From: Flavobacterium sp.
GTDB taxonomy: Bacteria; Bacteroidota; Bacteroidia; Flavobacteriales; Flavobacteriaceae
Reading direction: 5' to 3' (one strand)
Length of the DNA: 56,838 bases
Assembly (NCBI RefSeq): GCF_017995345.1
Contig: NZ_JAGOJA010000003.1
The notes under the pieces were generated by a model. That model saw only the letters and a program-made list of their open reading frames with translations. It had not been told where the DNA came from and ran no database searches. Below are positions 39,044 to 49,120 of the stretch, piece by piece; within the stretch, counting starts at the first letter, position 1, and each line of letters opens with the position of its first letter. The position numbers and the translations under genes are program-made.

Positions 39044-40840
39044 TTAAAGTAAATCTCCTTTCGGAAAAAAAACAGAGAATTTACAGCCTACATTGATTTC
39101 TCCTTCTGCTTTTATAAATCCTTTATGATTGTCTACAATCCGGCTACATATAGCTAGACCAATTCCTGTTCCTGAATATTTAGGATCCACTTCTAATCGT
39201 TTGAACAAAAGGAATATTTTTTCGGCATATTCCTGGTCGAAACCAATTCCATTATCAGTGACAACAATTTTATAATAGTCTTCTTTATTAATTATTTTAT
39301 TGTCAAGAACCTCTTTGTCCGTAATTTCCTGGGAACTAATACTGATTTGTAGCTGTACCTCTTCTTTACTGTACTTAAGAGCATTGAAGATTAAATTAAT
39401 AAAAAGTTGCTTAATCTGAAAAGGTATTGCATGTATTGTTGGAAGTTCCCCTATTTGGATAACTGCATTTTTATCTTCAATATTTGACGATAAGTCCTGT
39501 AGTATTTCATCAATAATCATATTTAAATCTGTTTCTAGAAAAACCTTGTCCCCTTTTATTGTTCTGGAATAATTAACTAAGTCTATTAATAAAGTTTGCA
39601 TTTTGTTTGCTGTTATACGAACTTTTGAAAAATATTCTTTTCCCTTTTCTGATAGTGAATCCAATTCTTTTTCTTCTATTCTGGAAATAAACATTTGAAT
39701 CTTACGAAGCGGTTCCTGCAAATCATGGCTTACAATAGTATTAAAAGCTTCGAGTTCTTTATTAATATATTGAAGCTCTTTATTATTTTCCTCTAGTTCT
39801 AATGTTTTTTTGTATTGACTTGTGATATCATAATTCACTCCTATTTTAATTAAATCTCCGTTTCCGTCTTTGACGAAACTTCCAACACCCATGATGTATT
39901 TTATATCACCATTTGCCGTCAGAAATCTAAAAACCATGGAGGTCGTTTGGTGATTTAACAACGAATTTATGTGAACTTTGGACACATAATCCACATCATC
40001 GGGATGAATGTATTTAATTGAATTTTCAATATTAGGTACGAATGCATTGGGCTCAAACCCCATTAGACGGAACATATTATCTGAAAAAGAATATGTATTA
40101 GTCTCTATATTCACCATCCAATGTCCAAATCCGGCTGTCTTTTCAGCAGTATTATAGGACTCATTAAGTAATTTTAATTTATTATTTGCCTTTCGCAGTT
40201 CATCAATATCAACATTCATCTTATTAAATGACAGTAATAATATTAAAAGAGAGAGGATTACCAATAAAAAAGCAGTTATCATTGAATCCCGCAACTCAAA
40301 TTGATGATTGTCATTTTGAAACTTTGTTTTTGCACTTTCCGAAAACACTATTTTAGTGACAAAAGCTTTCATCATATCAGTAGCATCACTGCTTTCTAGC
40401 AACTTAGCATTTAAGTCTAATGGGCTTGAATTTTTGCTTTTAACAATAATTAAAGTCTGTCTGAATAGTTTAAATCTATAATCAATTATTTTTTTTAGCC
40501 GATCAATTTCCTTGTTTCTAGCCGGCGTTTTTGAAGTTAATATTTTGAGTCTTTTAATACTTTCTTCAATCTTACCTCTGCTTAAAAAACGATTTTCAAT
40601 ATAAGACTCCTCCTTTGTAATGATATAACTCCGCAAATTCGTCTCATAAATACTGATTATTGATAAAAGTTTTTCTAGTTCAATTTGAGTTTCATTAGAA
40701 TTTGCAATTAACTCAACTGTTGCATCTAGCTTTTTCATTTGCGAATAGAACATCGAAGCTATATAAACAATAATTAAGATTGCAACGGCTAATGCAGTTT
40801 TAAAGATCTGAGAATTTTTATATAATCCTAAAAATTTCAT
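39044..40840 (-). CDS. Sensor histidine kinase (CHASE3-PAS-HisKA-HATPase)
   Basis: SHDLQEPLRKI, NALKY, DNGIGF, GTGIGL; two TM flanking a helical domain; IHPDD PAS motif. Confidence 0.9.
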   Translation of the reverse strand: MKFLGLYKNSQIFKTALAVAILIIVYIASMFYSQMKKLDATVELIANSNETQIELEKLLSIISIYETNLRSYIITKEESYIENRFLSRGKIEESIKRLKILTSKTPARNKEIDRLKKIIDYRFKLFRQTLIIVKSKNSSPLDLNAKLLESSDATDMMKAFVTKIVFSESAKTKFQNDNHQFELRDSMITAFLLVILSLLILLLSFNKMNVDIDELRKANNKLKLLNESYNTAEKTAGFGHWMVNIETNTYSFSDNMFRLMGFEPNAFVPNIENSIKYIHPDDVDYVSKVHINSLLNHQTTSMVFRFLTANGDIKYIMGVGSFVKDGNGDLIKIGVNYDITSQYKKTLELEENNKELQYINKELEAFNTIVSHDLQEPLRKIQMFISRIEEKELDSLSEKGKEYFSKVRITANKMQTLLIDLVNYSRTIKGDKVFLETDLNMIIDEILQDLSSNIEDKNAVIQIGELPTIHAIPFQIKQLFINLIFNALKYSKEEVQLQISISSQEITDKEVLDNKIINKEDYYKIVVTDNGIGFDQEYAEKIFLLFKRLEVDPKYSGTGIGLAICSRIVDNHKGFIKAEGEINVGCKFSVFFPKGDLL

Positions 40841-40850
40841 TTAAATACTA

Positions 40851-41303
40851 TTAAACACTAAATAAAAAAGTTTCTATATTTAATCCCGAAGTGTGAAACT
40901 GCCAATTCATGTTCACAACTTCTTTAATTATTTTTTTCAACTCTGTAAAATTATTTGGCTTTTTAATGTAAATATTAGCCCCTTCAATGAACGTATCTTC
41001 TATATCCTTTTCTGATGAAGAAGTAGAATAGATAGCTATAGAAACATCTTTGTATCGATTATTGGACCTAATTTCTTTTAAGCATTCAAATCCATTTTTA
41101 AATGGCATATTCAAATCCAGGAATAAGATGTGCGGTAATTTTATGTCTGGAAGTTGCAGATATTCCATCAAATCTTTCCCATCATTAAACATGGTCAATT
41201 TGCTATTCATTTTTAGCTCATTTATTGCTTCATTAAAAAAAGCGCGATCATCCTCATCATCATCAGCAATGAGAATATGTATAGGATCTTGATGTGAAAT
41301 CAT
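40851..41303 (-). CDS. Single-domain response regulator
   Basis: ADDD, FLDLNMP, STS, KP. Confidence 0.93.
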   Translation of the reverse strand: MISHQDPIHILIADDDEDDRAFFNEAINELKMNSKLTMFNDGKDLMEYLQLPDIKLPHILFLDLNMPFKNGFECLKEIRSNNRYKDVSIAIYSTSSSEKDIEDTFIEGANIYIKKPNNFTELKKIIKEVVNMNWQFHTSGLNIETFLFSV

Positions 41304-41332
41304 AATTTTTATATTTTTTAATGCTATTTGTT

Positions 41333-41893
41333 CTAAGCATTATTTGCTAAACGTCTTCTTTTATCAACAATCCTTTTAAACATTGAAGGAGTTAATCCTG
41401 TTACTTTTTTAAATTGACTTGATAAATAGGCTACACTACTGTAATTTAATATAAAAGAAATCTCCGTTAATGTTAATTCCTCCTCTATTATTAATTTTTT
41501 TGCTTTTTCTATTTTTTGAATGATAATAAAATTTTCAATTGATGTGTACGTATACTCTGAAAAAACATTAGACAAATAGCCATAACTCAAATTCAGTTTA
41601 TCCGAAAGATAATGTGAAATTGTTGTTATAGGCATTTTATCTTTTTCAAAAATCATTTCTACAATGGCATCTTTAATCCTTTGTATAAGTTGGCTTTTTT
41701 GACTATTGAGTATATAAATAGAATATTTATTGAGTGCATTTTGTAACTCTTCAAAAGTTTCCTCAGAGGTTTCATCACTAATTTCGATTTCTCCTAAATC
41801 AAAAAGTTGATATTGAATCTCTAATCTTTCAAGCTGTTCTTGCAAGATTACTCTACAGGCAGCATTTCCATCATAATTAATATAAACCTTCAT
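41333..41893 (-). CDS. AraC family transcriptional regulator
   Basis: LTEISFILNYSSVAYLSSQFKKVTGLTPS. Confidence 0.9.
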   Translation of the reverse strand: MKVYINYDGNAACRVILQEQLERLEIQYQLFDLGEIEISDETSEETFEELQNALNKYSIYILNSQKSQLIQRIKDAIVEMIFEKDKMPITTISHYLSDKLNLSYGYLSNVFSEYTYTSIENFIIIQKIEKAKKLIIEEELTLTEISFILNYSSVAYLSSQFKKVTGLTPSMFKRIVDKRRRLANNA

Positions 41894-42094
41894 CTAAAAT
41901 AACTGTAAATAATTAGCATTAAAAGATAAATATAAATGAAAAAAATTAATCGTTGAACAAATATTTAAAACCTACCTGAAATAAAATATTGAAATCAAAC
42001 TAAAAACTATTTTTTTTTATACAATCAACTCAATTTTAACGGATTAAAAACAGCATTTAGCGCAATAGTTTTCAATCTAATCAAACGTATTTTC

Positions 42095-42520
42095 TTACCT
42101 ATAAATCGTTTTGTTTTTGTCATAATTAGCAATAACTAATGCCTCAAATTCTAACCATTCGCTTCATCGTTTTTTTAAATCGATTCCTACACCATATTTC
42201 TTTGAATAGGGGACAAAAGTCGTACAATGTCCCGACTCACTTTCCATCAAACCTCTATATAAAGCAGACAATTTCCCAACATTGCAATTCTCCGAAAGCA
42301 TTTTGAAACGAAGGCAACTTTGGGTTTCAACCCGCTATGGGAACAATAACCGTTCCACTAAACTAGAAAACTTACGTTAAATCCTGGTGTTCTGGGTTAT
42401 TTGTGACTCTAATTTTAGCATTTGTAGGCGCTTATTGTTCACACCAAAGGTCATCTGTAAAGATTTATTTGATGTTTTTTTCTAAAATATTCATCATTCC
42501 GTTGGAAACTTTAATACAGA
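42095..42520 (-). pseudogene. miaE: Decayed tRNA-(ms2io6A)-hydroxylase gene
   Basis: Minus strand gives NILEKNIK*IFTDDLWCEQ*APTNA, LVERLLFP*RVETQSCLRFKMLSEN and LYRGLMESESGHCTTF...KR*SEWLEFEA, matching MiaE motifs (DHAWCEQKAA, IEARSCERF, SEAGHY). Confidence 0.85.
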
Positions 42521-42535
42521 AATAATTTTGTTCAA

Positions 42536-42616
42536 AAAGTCATAAAGCCAAAAATCGAAAGCCAAAAGCAAGACAGAATATTAAATTCTATTCAAAAACT
42601 TTCGACTTTCGACTTT
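42536..42616. repeat. Imperfect palindrome of 7-mer subrepeats downstream of glyA
   Basis: aaagtcat aaagcca aaaatcg aaagcca ... actttcg actttcg acttt. Confidence 0.55.
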
Positions 42617-42638
42617 AAAAAACGGTAAGACGTATTTT

Positions 42639-43913
42639 TTAATATACGAAAATAGCTCTTTCGCTCATCATTTCGTTTACTTCATTAGCCACTTCTTCGA
42701 TGATATCCTCGTTAGTATGATTCATTAGGACTCTATCAATTAGTTCCACAATAGTTTCCATGTCTTCTTCAACCAGACCACGAGTAGTGATAGCTGGAGT
42801 TCCCACACGAATACCAGAAGTTACAAATGGTGATTTATCATCAAAAGGAACCATGTTTTTATTTACCGTAATTTCTGCTCTTACCAATGCATTTTCAGCA
42901 TCTTTCCCAGAAATATTCTTGTTTCTTAAATCAATCAACATCATGTGGTTATCCGTACCTCCAGAAATGATTTGATAGCCTCTTTTTACAAAAGCATCAG
43001 CCATAGCATTGGCATTTTTTTGTAATTGTAAAGCATACGTAAAGAATTCATCTTTCAAGGCTTCACCAAAAGCTACTGCTTTTGCAGCAATAATGTGCAT
43101 CAAAGGACCTCCTTGATTTCCAGGGAAAACAGCTAGATCTAATAAAGATGACATCATTCTGATCTCTCCTTTTGGAGTAGTTAAACCAAAAGGGTTTTCA
43201 AAATCTTTACCCATCAAGATTAATCCTCCACGAGGACCGCGCAATGTTTTGTGTGTTGTAGTCGTTACAATATGACAATGAGGTAATGGGTCATTCATCA
43301 ATCCTTTTGCGATAAGCCCTGCTGGATGAGAAATATCAGCTAATAAAATAGCACCTACACTATCAGCAATCACTCTAAAACGTTCAAAATCCATATCACG
43401 AGAATATGCCGAAGCTCCAGCTATGATTAATTTTGGTTGTTCTTTTGTTGCAATTTCTTGGATTTTATCATAATTTAATAAACCTGTTTCCTTATCAACA
43501 CCATAAAAAGATGGAGTATATAAACGTCCGGAGAAGTTTACAGCTGAACCATGAGTTAAATGTCCACCGTGAGACAAATCAAAACCTAAAATTTTATCCC
43601 CAGGTTTAATACAGGCATGATACACTGCTGTATTGGCTTGTGAACCAGAGTGTGGTTGTACATTTGCATAAGCAGCTCCAAATAATTCCTTGGCTCTGTC
43701 TATTGCAATTTGCTCAATAACATCAACTACTTCACAACCCCCGTAGTATCTTTTGCCAGGATATCCTTCAGCATATTTATTGGTTAAAACTGAACCCGCA
43801 GCTTCCATTACTTCGTCACTTACGAAATTTTCCGAAGCGATAAGTTCCAATCCGTGTATTTGTCTTTCTTGTTCTTCTAGAATAAGGTCAAAAATTTGTT
43901 CGTCGCGTTGCAT
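42639..43913 (-). CDS. glyA: Serine hydroxymethyltransferase
   Basis: [35 protein letters not shown]; start at MQRDEQ. Confidence 0.98.
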   Translation of the reverse strand: MQRDEQIFDLILEEQERQIHGLELIASENFVSDEVMEAAGSVLTNKYAEGYPGKRYYGGCEVVDVIEQIAIDRAKELFGAAYANVQPHSGSQANTAVYHACIKPGDKILGFDLSHGGHLTHGSAVNFSGRLYTPSFYGVDKETGLLNYDKIQEIATKEQPKLIIAGASAYSRDMDFERFRVIADSVGAILLADISHPAGLIAKGLMNDPLPHCHIVTTTTHKTLRGPRGGLILMGKDFENPFGLTTPKGEIRMMSSLLDLAVFPGNQGGPLMHIIAAKAVAFGEALKDEFFTYALQLQKNANAMADAFVKRGYQIISGGTDNHMMLIDLRNKNISGKDAENALVRAEITVNKNMVPFDDKSPFVTSGIRVGTPAITTRGLVEEDMETIVELIDRVLMNHTNEDIIEEVANEVNEMMSERAIFVY

Positions 43914-43938
43914 TTTTTTGATTTTCGTTAATTTGAAG

Positions 43939-43987
43939 CAAAAATACAAAAAAACGTTTGGTTAATAGTTAGATTATAATATATTTG
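43939..43987. promoter_or_regulatory. Divergent glyA/fahA promoters
   Basis: Plus strand TTTG (43957) -19 nt- TATATTTG (43980); minus strand TATTTTTG (43946-43939). Confidence 0.7.
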
Positions 43988-44021
43988 ACGAGTAATTTTC
44001 AACAAATTAATTAACAGCCAT

Positions 44022-45305
44022 ATGTCAATAACAGCCAACGATATTAATAGAAAATCATGGTTAGAAGTCTCTTCTACTAGCGATTTCCCTATTCAAAACA
44101 TTCCTTTTGGTGTTTTTCTTACCAAAGAAAACATAGTAACAGTCGGGACGAGGATAGGAGATTTCGCAATTGATTTAGGAGCTTTGCAACAATTAAACTA
44201 TTTCGAAGGTATTGAGCTGACAGATGACATGTTCATGCAGGACACTTTGAATGATTTTATTTCTGACGGTCAAAAAACATGGCGTCTAGTTAGAAACAGA
44301 ATTGCCGATATTTTTGATGAAAAAAATTCAAAATTACGCGACAATGCAAAGGACAAAGATATTATTATATTCAGAATGGAAGATGTCGAAATGCAATTAC
44401 CAGTACTTATTGGTGATTATACGGACTTCTATTCCAGCAAAGAGCATGCAACTAATGTAGGAAAAATGTTTCGTGACCCTGAAAATGCATTGTTGCCAAA
44501 CTGGCTACATATTCCTGTAGGCTATCATGGCAGAAGCTCTACGATAGTTCCTTCTGGAATTCCCGTACACAGACCCATGGGGCAAATGTTACCAAATGGG
44601 GAAACTTCGCCAGTTTTTGGTTCTTCTCGTTCCGTCGACTTTGAACTCGAAACAGCCTTTATTACCACTGATGTCAATATTATGGGGGAAAACATTCTGA
44701 TAACCGAAGCTCATGAATATATTTTTGGAATGGTTTTATTGAATGACTGGAGTGCCCGTGACATTCAAAAATGGGAATACGTGCCATTAGGACCTTTTTT
44801 AGCAAAAAACTTTGCTACTTCAATTTCTCCTTGGATTGTTACTATGGATGCTTTGGAACCTTTTAGAACCAAAGGACCAAAACAAGAGCCTACGCCACTT
44901 CCTTATTTACAGCAAAAAGGAAAACATTCTTATGACATAAATTTACAAGTAGCCATTCAGCCTGAAAACTCAGAAGCAACTGTAGTTTCTAATTCGAATT
45001 TTAAATATATGTATTGGACCATGAGTCAGCAATTAGCACATCACACCTCTAATGGTTGTCGAGTAAACTCTGGAGATATGATGGGCTCAGGCACCATTTC
45101 AGGACCTACACCAGATAGTTTTGGCTCGATGCTCGAACTAACTTGGGGAGGAAAAAACCCAATAAAACTGAATGACGGAACAGAACGTAAATTTATCAAT
45201 GATAACGACACCGTAATTATGAAAGGTTTTTGTCAAAACTCACATGTAAGAATTGGTTTTGGCGAAGTTTCCAGTAAATTACTGCCTCCATTTGTAAGAA
45301 AATAA
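44022..45305 (+). CDS. fahA: Fumarylacetoacetase
   Basis: DFPIQNIPFG, DYTDFYSS, YHGRSS, NDWSARDIQKWEYVPLGPF. Confidence 0.96.
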   Translation: MSITANDINRKSWLEVSSTSDFPIQNIPFGVFLTKENIVTVGTRIGDFAIDLGALQQLNYFEGIELTDDMFMQDTLNDFISDGQKTWRLVRNRIADIFDEKNSKLRDNAKDKDIIIFRMEDVEMQLPVLIGDYTDFYSSKEHATNVGKMFRDPENALLPNWLHIPVGYHGRSSTIVPSGIPVHRPMGQMLPNGETSPVFGSSRSVDFELETAFITTDVNIMGENILITEAHEYIFGMVLLNDWSARDIQKWEYVPLGPFLAKNFATSISPWIVTMDALEPFRTKGPKQEPTPLPYLQQKGKHSYDINLQVAIQPENSEATVVSNSNFKYMYWTMSQQLAHHTSNGCRVNSGDMMGSGTISGPTPDSFGSMLELTWGGKNPIKLNDGTERKFINDNDTVIMKGFCQNSHVRIGFGEVSSKLLPPFVRK

Positions 45306-45320
45306 AAACACACACTTTCT

Positions 45321-45358
45321 AAAAACCTAACAATTGTACTATTTTTGTTAGGTTTTTT
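45321..45358 (+). terminator. Intrinsic terminator after fahA
   Basis: aaaaacctaacaa...ttgttaggtttttt. Confidence 0.75.
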
Positions 45359-45448
45359 GTTTATTTTCTAAATTCAAATTTAAAAATAATTATCCTGTTT
45401 AAAACAGCTGAAATATCCTCAAAAATCATTTATTTAATGGTAATGCTT

Positions 45449-46633
45449 ATGAAAAAAATTACGCTAATACTATCCCTGTTCGTGCTGATTTCCTCTTGTG
45501 GCGTGAAACAAACCCAAAATTTATTAAGTTCCGGAAATTACGATCAAGCAATTGACAATGCTATATCAAATTTGCGAACTAACAAAGATAAAAAAGGCAA
45601 ACAAGATTATGTGTACTTGCTGGAAGAGGCTTTCGCCAAAGCAAAAGAACGAGATTTGAACGCTATAAATTTACTGTCAAAAGATGCAAATCCCGCACAA
45701 CTGGAAAAAATGTACAATACGTATTTACAATTAAATTCTCGCCAGGAAAAAATAAAACCTGTACTTCCTTTAAGACTAATTAAAGAAGGAAGAAATGCCA
45801 TTTTTCCATTTGATAATTATAATGACCAAATCATTGACAGTAAAAACGCATTGTCTGCTTATTTATATGCAACTGCAAAAAAATTAATGGGAACTTCTGA
45901 TAAAATGAATTTCCGGAAAGCGTATGATGATTTAGAATATTTAAACCAAATAAATCCAAGCTATAAAAACGTATTGCAACTTATGGATGAAGCTAAATTT
46001 AAAGGTTCCGATTATGTTTCGGTTTATACCAAAAACGAAACGAACATGATTATTCCCATTCGTCTTCAAAATGATTTATTAGATTTTAGCACCTTTGGTT
46101 TAAATGATAAATGGACTGTTTACCACAGCAACAAACAAAAAGGTATTAATTATGATTACGGAATGATGATTAATTTTCGAGAAATTTATATTTCACCAGA
46201 ACAAGTCAAAGAAAAAGAGTTTGTAAAAGAACGCATTATAAAAGATGGTGTCAAAAAACTGATTGATTCAAATGGTAAAGAGGTACTTGACGAAAAGGGC
46301 AAAGTTGTAATGGTCGATAACCTTAAAACGGTAGTGGTACGAATTTATGAATTTAGACAATTTAAGTCTTGCCAAATCACTGCAAAGATTGACTATATCA
46401 ATTTTAGAAGCAATCAATTATTACAATCCTTTCCAATAACAAGTGAGTTTGTTTTCGAAAATATTTATGCCACTTACAAAGGAGATCGACGCGCTTCAGA
46501 CGACAATTATTACTCTTATTTTGACAAAAGGGCAGTCGCTTTTCCTAACAACGAACAAATGGTTTATGATACAGGAGAGGATTTAAAAGCAAAAATAAAA
46601 GATGTTATTAATAGAAACAGGTTTAGAAACTAA
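45449..46633 (+). CDS. Hypothetical lipoprotein
   Basis: MKK plus hydrophobic stretch and ISSC lipobox. Confidence 0.8.
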   Translation: MKKITLILSLFVLISSCGVKQTQNLLSSGNYDQAIDNAISNLRTNKDKKGKQDYVYLLEEAFAKAKERDLNAINLLSKDANPAQLEKMYNTYLQLNSRQEKIKPVLPLRLIKEGRNAIFPFDNYNDQIIDSKNALSAYLYATAKKLMGTSDKMNFRKAYDDLEYLNQINPSYKNVLQLMDEAKFKGSDYVSVYTKNETNMIIPIRLQNDLLDFSTFGLNDKWTVYHSNKQKGINYDYGMMINFREIYISPEQVKEKEFVKERIIKDGVKKLIDSNGKEVLDEKGKVVMVDNLKTVVVRIYEFRQFKSCQITAKIDYINFRSNQLLQSFPITSEFVFENIYATYKGDRRASDDNYYSYFDKRAVAFPNNEQMVYDTGEDLKAKIKDVINRNRFRN

Positions 46634-46659
46634 TCAACTTCATACAAATACAATCGTCT

Positions 46660-46698
46660 AAACTCCTTGATAATGAACCACATCAAGGAGTTTTTTTT
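46660..46698 (+). terminator. Intrinsic terminator
   Basis: aaactccttgat...atcaaggagtttttttt. Confidence 0.85.
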
Positions 46699-46771
46699 GT
46701 TTAAAAAATAAACATTCCATTGAATTTTTGTTATAAAATTCAAAATTAGTGTTGTGTTATAAAAATATTTG

Positions 46772-46779
46772 TATTTTTG
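46772..46779 (+). promoter_or_regulatory. -7 promoter element of the arg operon leader
   Basis: TATTTTTG matches TAnnTTTG; TTG lies about 20 nt upstream. Confidence 0.6.
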
Positions 46780-46784
46780 CACCG

Positions 46785-46871
46785 ATGGATATAACAAGTT
46801 TACATATTACTTCTTTGTCACGGACAAACGGACCGACTACTTCTCCCGAAGTACGGATACTATCGCTATAG
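46785..46871 (+). CDS. Candidate arg operon leader peptide (28 aa)
   Basis: MDITSLHITSLSRTNGPTTSPEVRILSL; ATG just after the promoter; both Arg codons are CGG. Confidence 0.45.
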   Translation: MDITSLHITSLSRTNGPTTSPEVRILSL

Positions 46872-47107
46872 TACCCAAAATTTGTTTCGTATCTTTATTC
46901 ATTTTTCATTTTTTCCACTTTGAAATCACCCCTATTTTCCATTGGATTAATACCTCCCGAAACCCATACTTATCTGTTACTATCTTGTTGTCGTTCAATT
47001 TATTGTACAGCAATAAATAGCTTTAACATTATATTGATATTCGGGGAAAATCATTTTCAAAAACAAATAAAAAAATCATTTTATAACTCCAAAATCCAAC
47101 ACTTAAA

Positions 47108-47725
47108 ATGAATATTTCAATCATTATAACTCAGGAAGAACATTATAAATATTCGCAAGAAATATGTGACACCATAGAACTGTCTGCGCTATTGAGAGGC
47201 ACAGGAATTGCTAAAAGAACTCCTGACTACATTCAAAAAAAAATGGAGAATAAGGATGCCGTTATCGCATTAGACAATGGGAAATTTGCCGGTTTTTGCT
47301 ATATCGAAAGTTGGCAACACGGGAAATTTGTAGCCCATTCTGGTTTAATTGTACATCCTGATTACAGAAATTTAGGTTTAGCTAAAAAAATCAAATCATT
47401 TGTTTTTGATTATTCATTGCAAAAATTTCCCGAAGCTAAGGTTTTTGGAATCACAACTGGATTAGCAGTAATGAAAATCAATTCAGATTTAGGCTACAAA
47501 CCTGTTCCTTTTTCGGAGTTGACAACAGATCCTACTTTTTGGGCTGGTTGTAAAACCTGCACCAATTTTGAAATTCTAAAAAGTAAAGACAACAAAATGT
47601 GTTTGTGTACCGGAATGCTTTACGATCCTAAAGAAAAACCTAAAGACCCGCCAAAACATCCATTTAATATTAGAGTATTAAACCGATTAAAATCAATTAA
47701 GGAAGCCCTGTTTTTAAAAAAATAA
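47108..47725 (+). CDS. GNAT protein, probable N-acylglutamate synthase (ArgA function)
   Basis: First gene of the arg operon; VHPDYRNLGLAK acyl-CoA motif; FW.GC..C...CLC. Confidence 0.7.
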   Translation: MNISIIITQEEHYKYSQEICDTIELSALLRGTGIAKRTPDYIQKKMENKDAVIALDNGKFAGFCYIESWQHGKFVAHSGLIVHPDYRNLGLAKKIKSFVFDYSLQKFPEAKVFGITTGLAVMKINSDLGYKPVPFSELTTDPTFWAGCKTCTNFEILKSKDNKMCLCTGMLYDPKEKPKDPPKHPFNIRVLNRLKSIKEALFLKK

Positions 47726-47773
47726 ATCAAATCTCTCCCGAAGTCTCCCAAGGGATGTGAAAAAATAAATATC

Positions 47774-48967
47774 ATGAAAAAAGTTGTATTAGCATATAGT
47801 GGAGGTTTAGACACCTCCTATTGTCTTAAATATTTGAAAAACGAAAAAGGATATGAAGTTCATACCGTTCTTATTAACACTGGAGGTTTTGATGAAGCTG
47901 AACTAGCCGCTATTGAAAAAAGAGCCTACGATTTAGGAAGTGCACAACACGCAAACCTTACTATTGTAGAAAAATATTACGATAAAGCCATTAAATATTT
48001 GATTTATGGAAATGTGTTAAAAAACAATACCTATCCATTATCCGTCAGTGCGGAACGTGTTTTTCAAGCCATTGAAGCAATTAAATACGCTAAATCTGTT
48101 GGTGCAGAAGCTATCGCTCACGGTAGTACCGGAGCAGGAAATGACCAAATTCGGTTTGATTTGATTTTTCAAACTATCGCTCCCGAAATCGAAATCATCA
48201 CTCCTATCCGTGACTTGAAATTATCAAGACAGGAAGAAGTGGATTATTTAGCTAAAAACGGAGTGCATTATTCTTGGGAAAAAGCACAATATTCTATCAA
48301 TAAAGGATTGTGGGGAACAAGTGTTGGAGGTAAAGAAACATTAACTTCACACCAAGCTTTACCAAGTGAAGCCTATCCTTCGCAATTATCAAAAGAAGGT
48401 GAAGAGAAAGTAACACTTGAATTCAAAAAAGGGGAATTGGTTGCCGTAAATGGAAAAACAGACAAACCATCGAATAATATTGTGGCTCTTGAAAAATTAG
48501 CCAATGCGTACGCAATAGGTAGAGATACGCACGTGGGTGATACAATTATCGGAATCAAAGGACGAGTTGGTTTTGAAGCTGCTGCGCCACTTATCATTAT
48601 CAAAGCACACCATTTATTAGAGAAACATACATTAGGTAAATGGCAACAATACTGGAAAGAGCAACTAGGAAACTGGTACGGAATGTTATTTCATGAAGGT
48701 CAATTTCTTGATCCTGTTATGCGTAACATCGAGGCTTTCTTGGAAGACACTCAAAAAACAGTAAACGGAATAGTTACTGTTTCTTTAAAACCATATCATT
48801 TTTCGCTTGACGGAATCGAATCTGAAAACGATTTAATGAATACTGGTTTTGGTCAATATGGTGAAATGAACAATGCTTGGACGGCTGAGGATGCAAAAGG
48901 ATTTATCAAAATTCTGGGAAATGCCCAAAACATATTTTCATCTGTAAATAATGAAACGTACGAGTAA
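47774..48967 (+). CDS. argG: Argininosuccinate synthase
   Basis: LAYSGGLDTS, HGSTGAGNDQIRF. Confidence 0.96.
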   Translation: MKKVVLAYSGGLDTSYCLKYLKNEKGYEVHTVLINTGGFDEAELAAIEKRAYDLGSAQHANLTIVEKYYDKAIKYLIYGNVLKNNTYPLSVSAERVFQAIEAIKYAKSVGAEAIAHGSTGAGNDQIRFDLIFQTIAPEIEIITPIRDLKLSRQEEVDYLAKNGVHYSWEKAQYSINKGLWGTSVGGKETLTSHQALPSEAYPSQLSKEGEEKVTLEFKKGELVAVNGKTDKPSNNIVALEKLANAYAIGRDTHVGDTIIGIKGRVGFEAAAPLIIIKAHHLLEKHTLGKWQQYWKEQLGNWYGMLFHEGQFLDPVMRNIEAFLEDTQKTVNGIVTVSLKPYHFSLDGIESENDLMNTGFGQYGEMNNAWTAEDAKGFIKILGNAQNIFSSVNNETYE

Positions 48968-48999
48968 TTAATTGCTCACAAGTTTGAACAGAAGCTTTA

Positions 49000-49079
49000 A
49001 ACCGTTAAGGTAATTAAGCTTACTACTCCTTAATGATTTAAAAACAAAAACTTACTATTTCTTAATTATCTTAATGGTT
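49000..49079. repeat. 19-bp inverted repeat between argG and argC
   Basis: aaccgttaaggtaattaag / cttaattatcttaatggtt; both mismatches are G-U on the + transcript. Confidence 0.75.
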
Positions 49080-49120
49080 AAAAAAAACCTTGCAAGAAAC
49101 ATTAAAAAAAAATAAAAATT

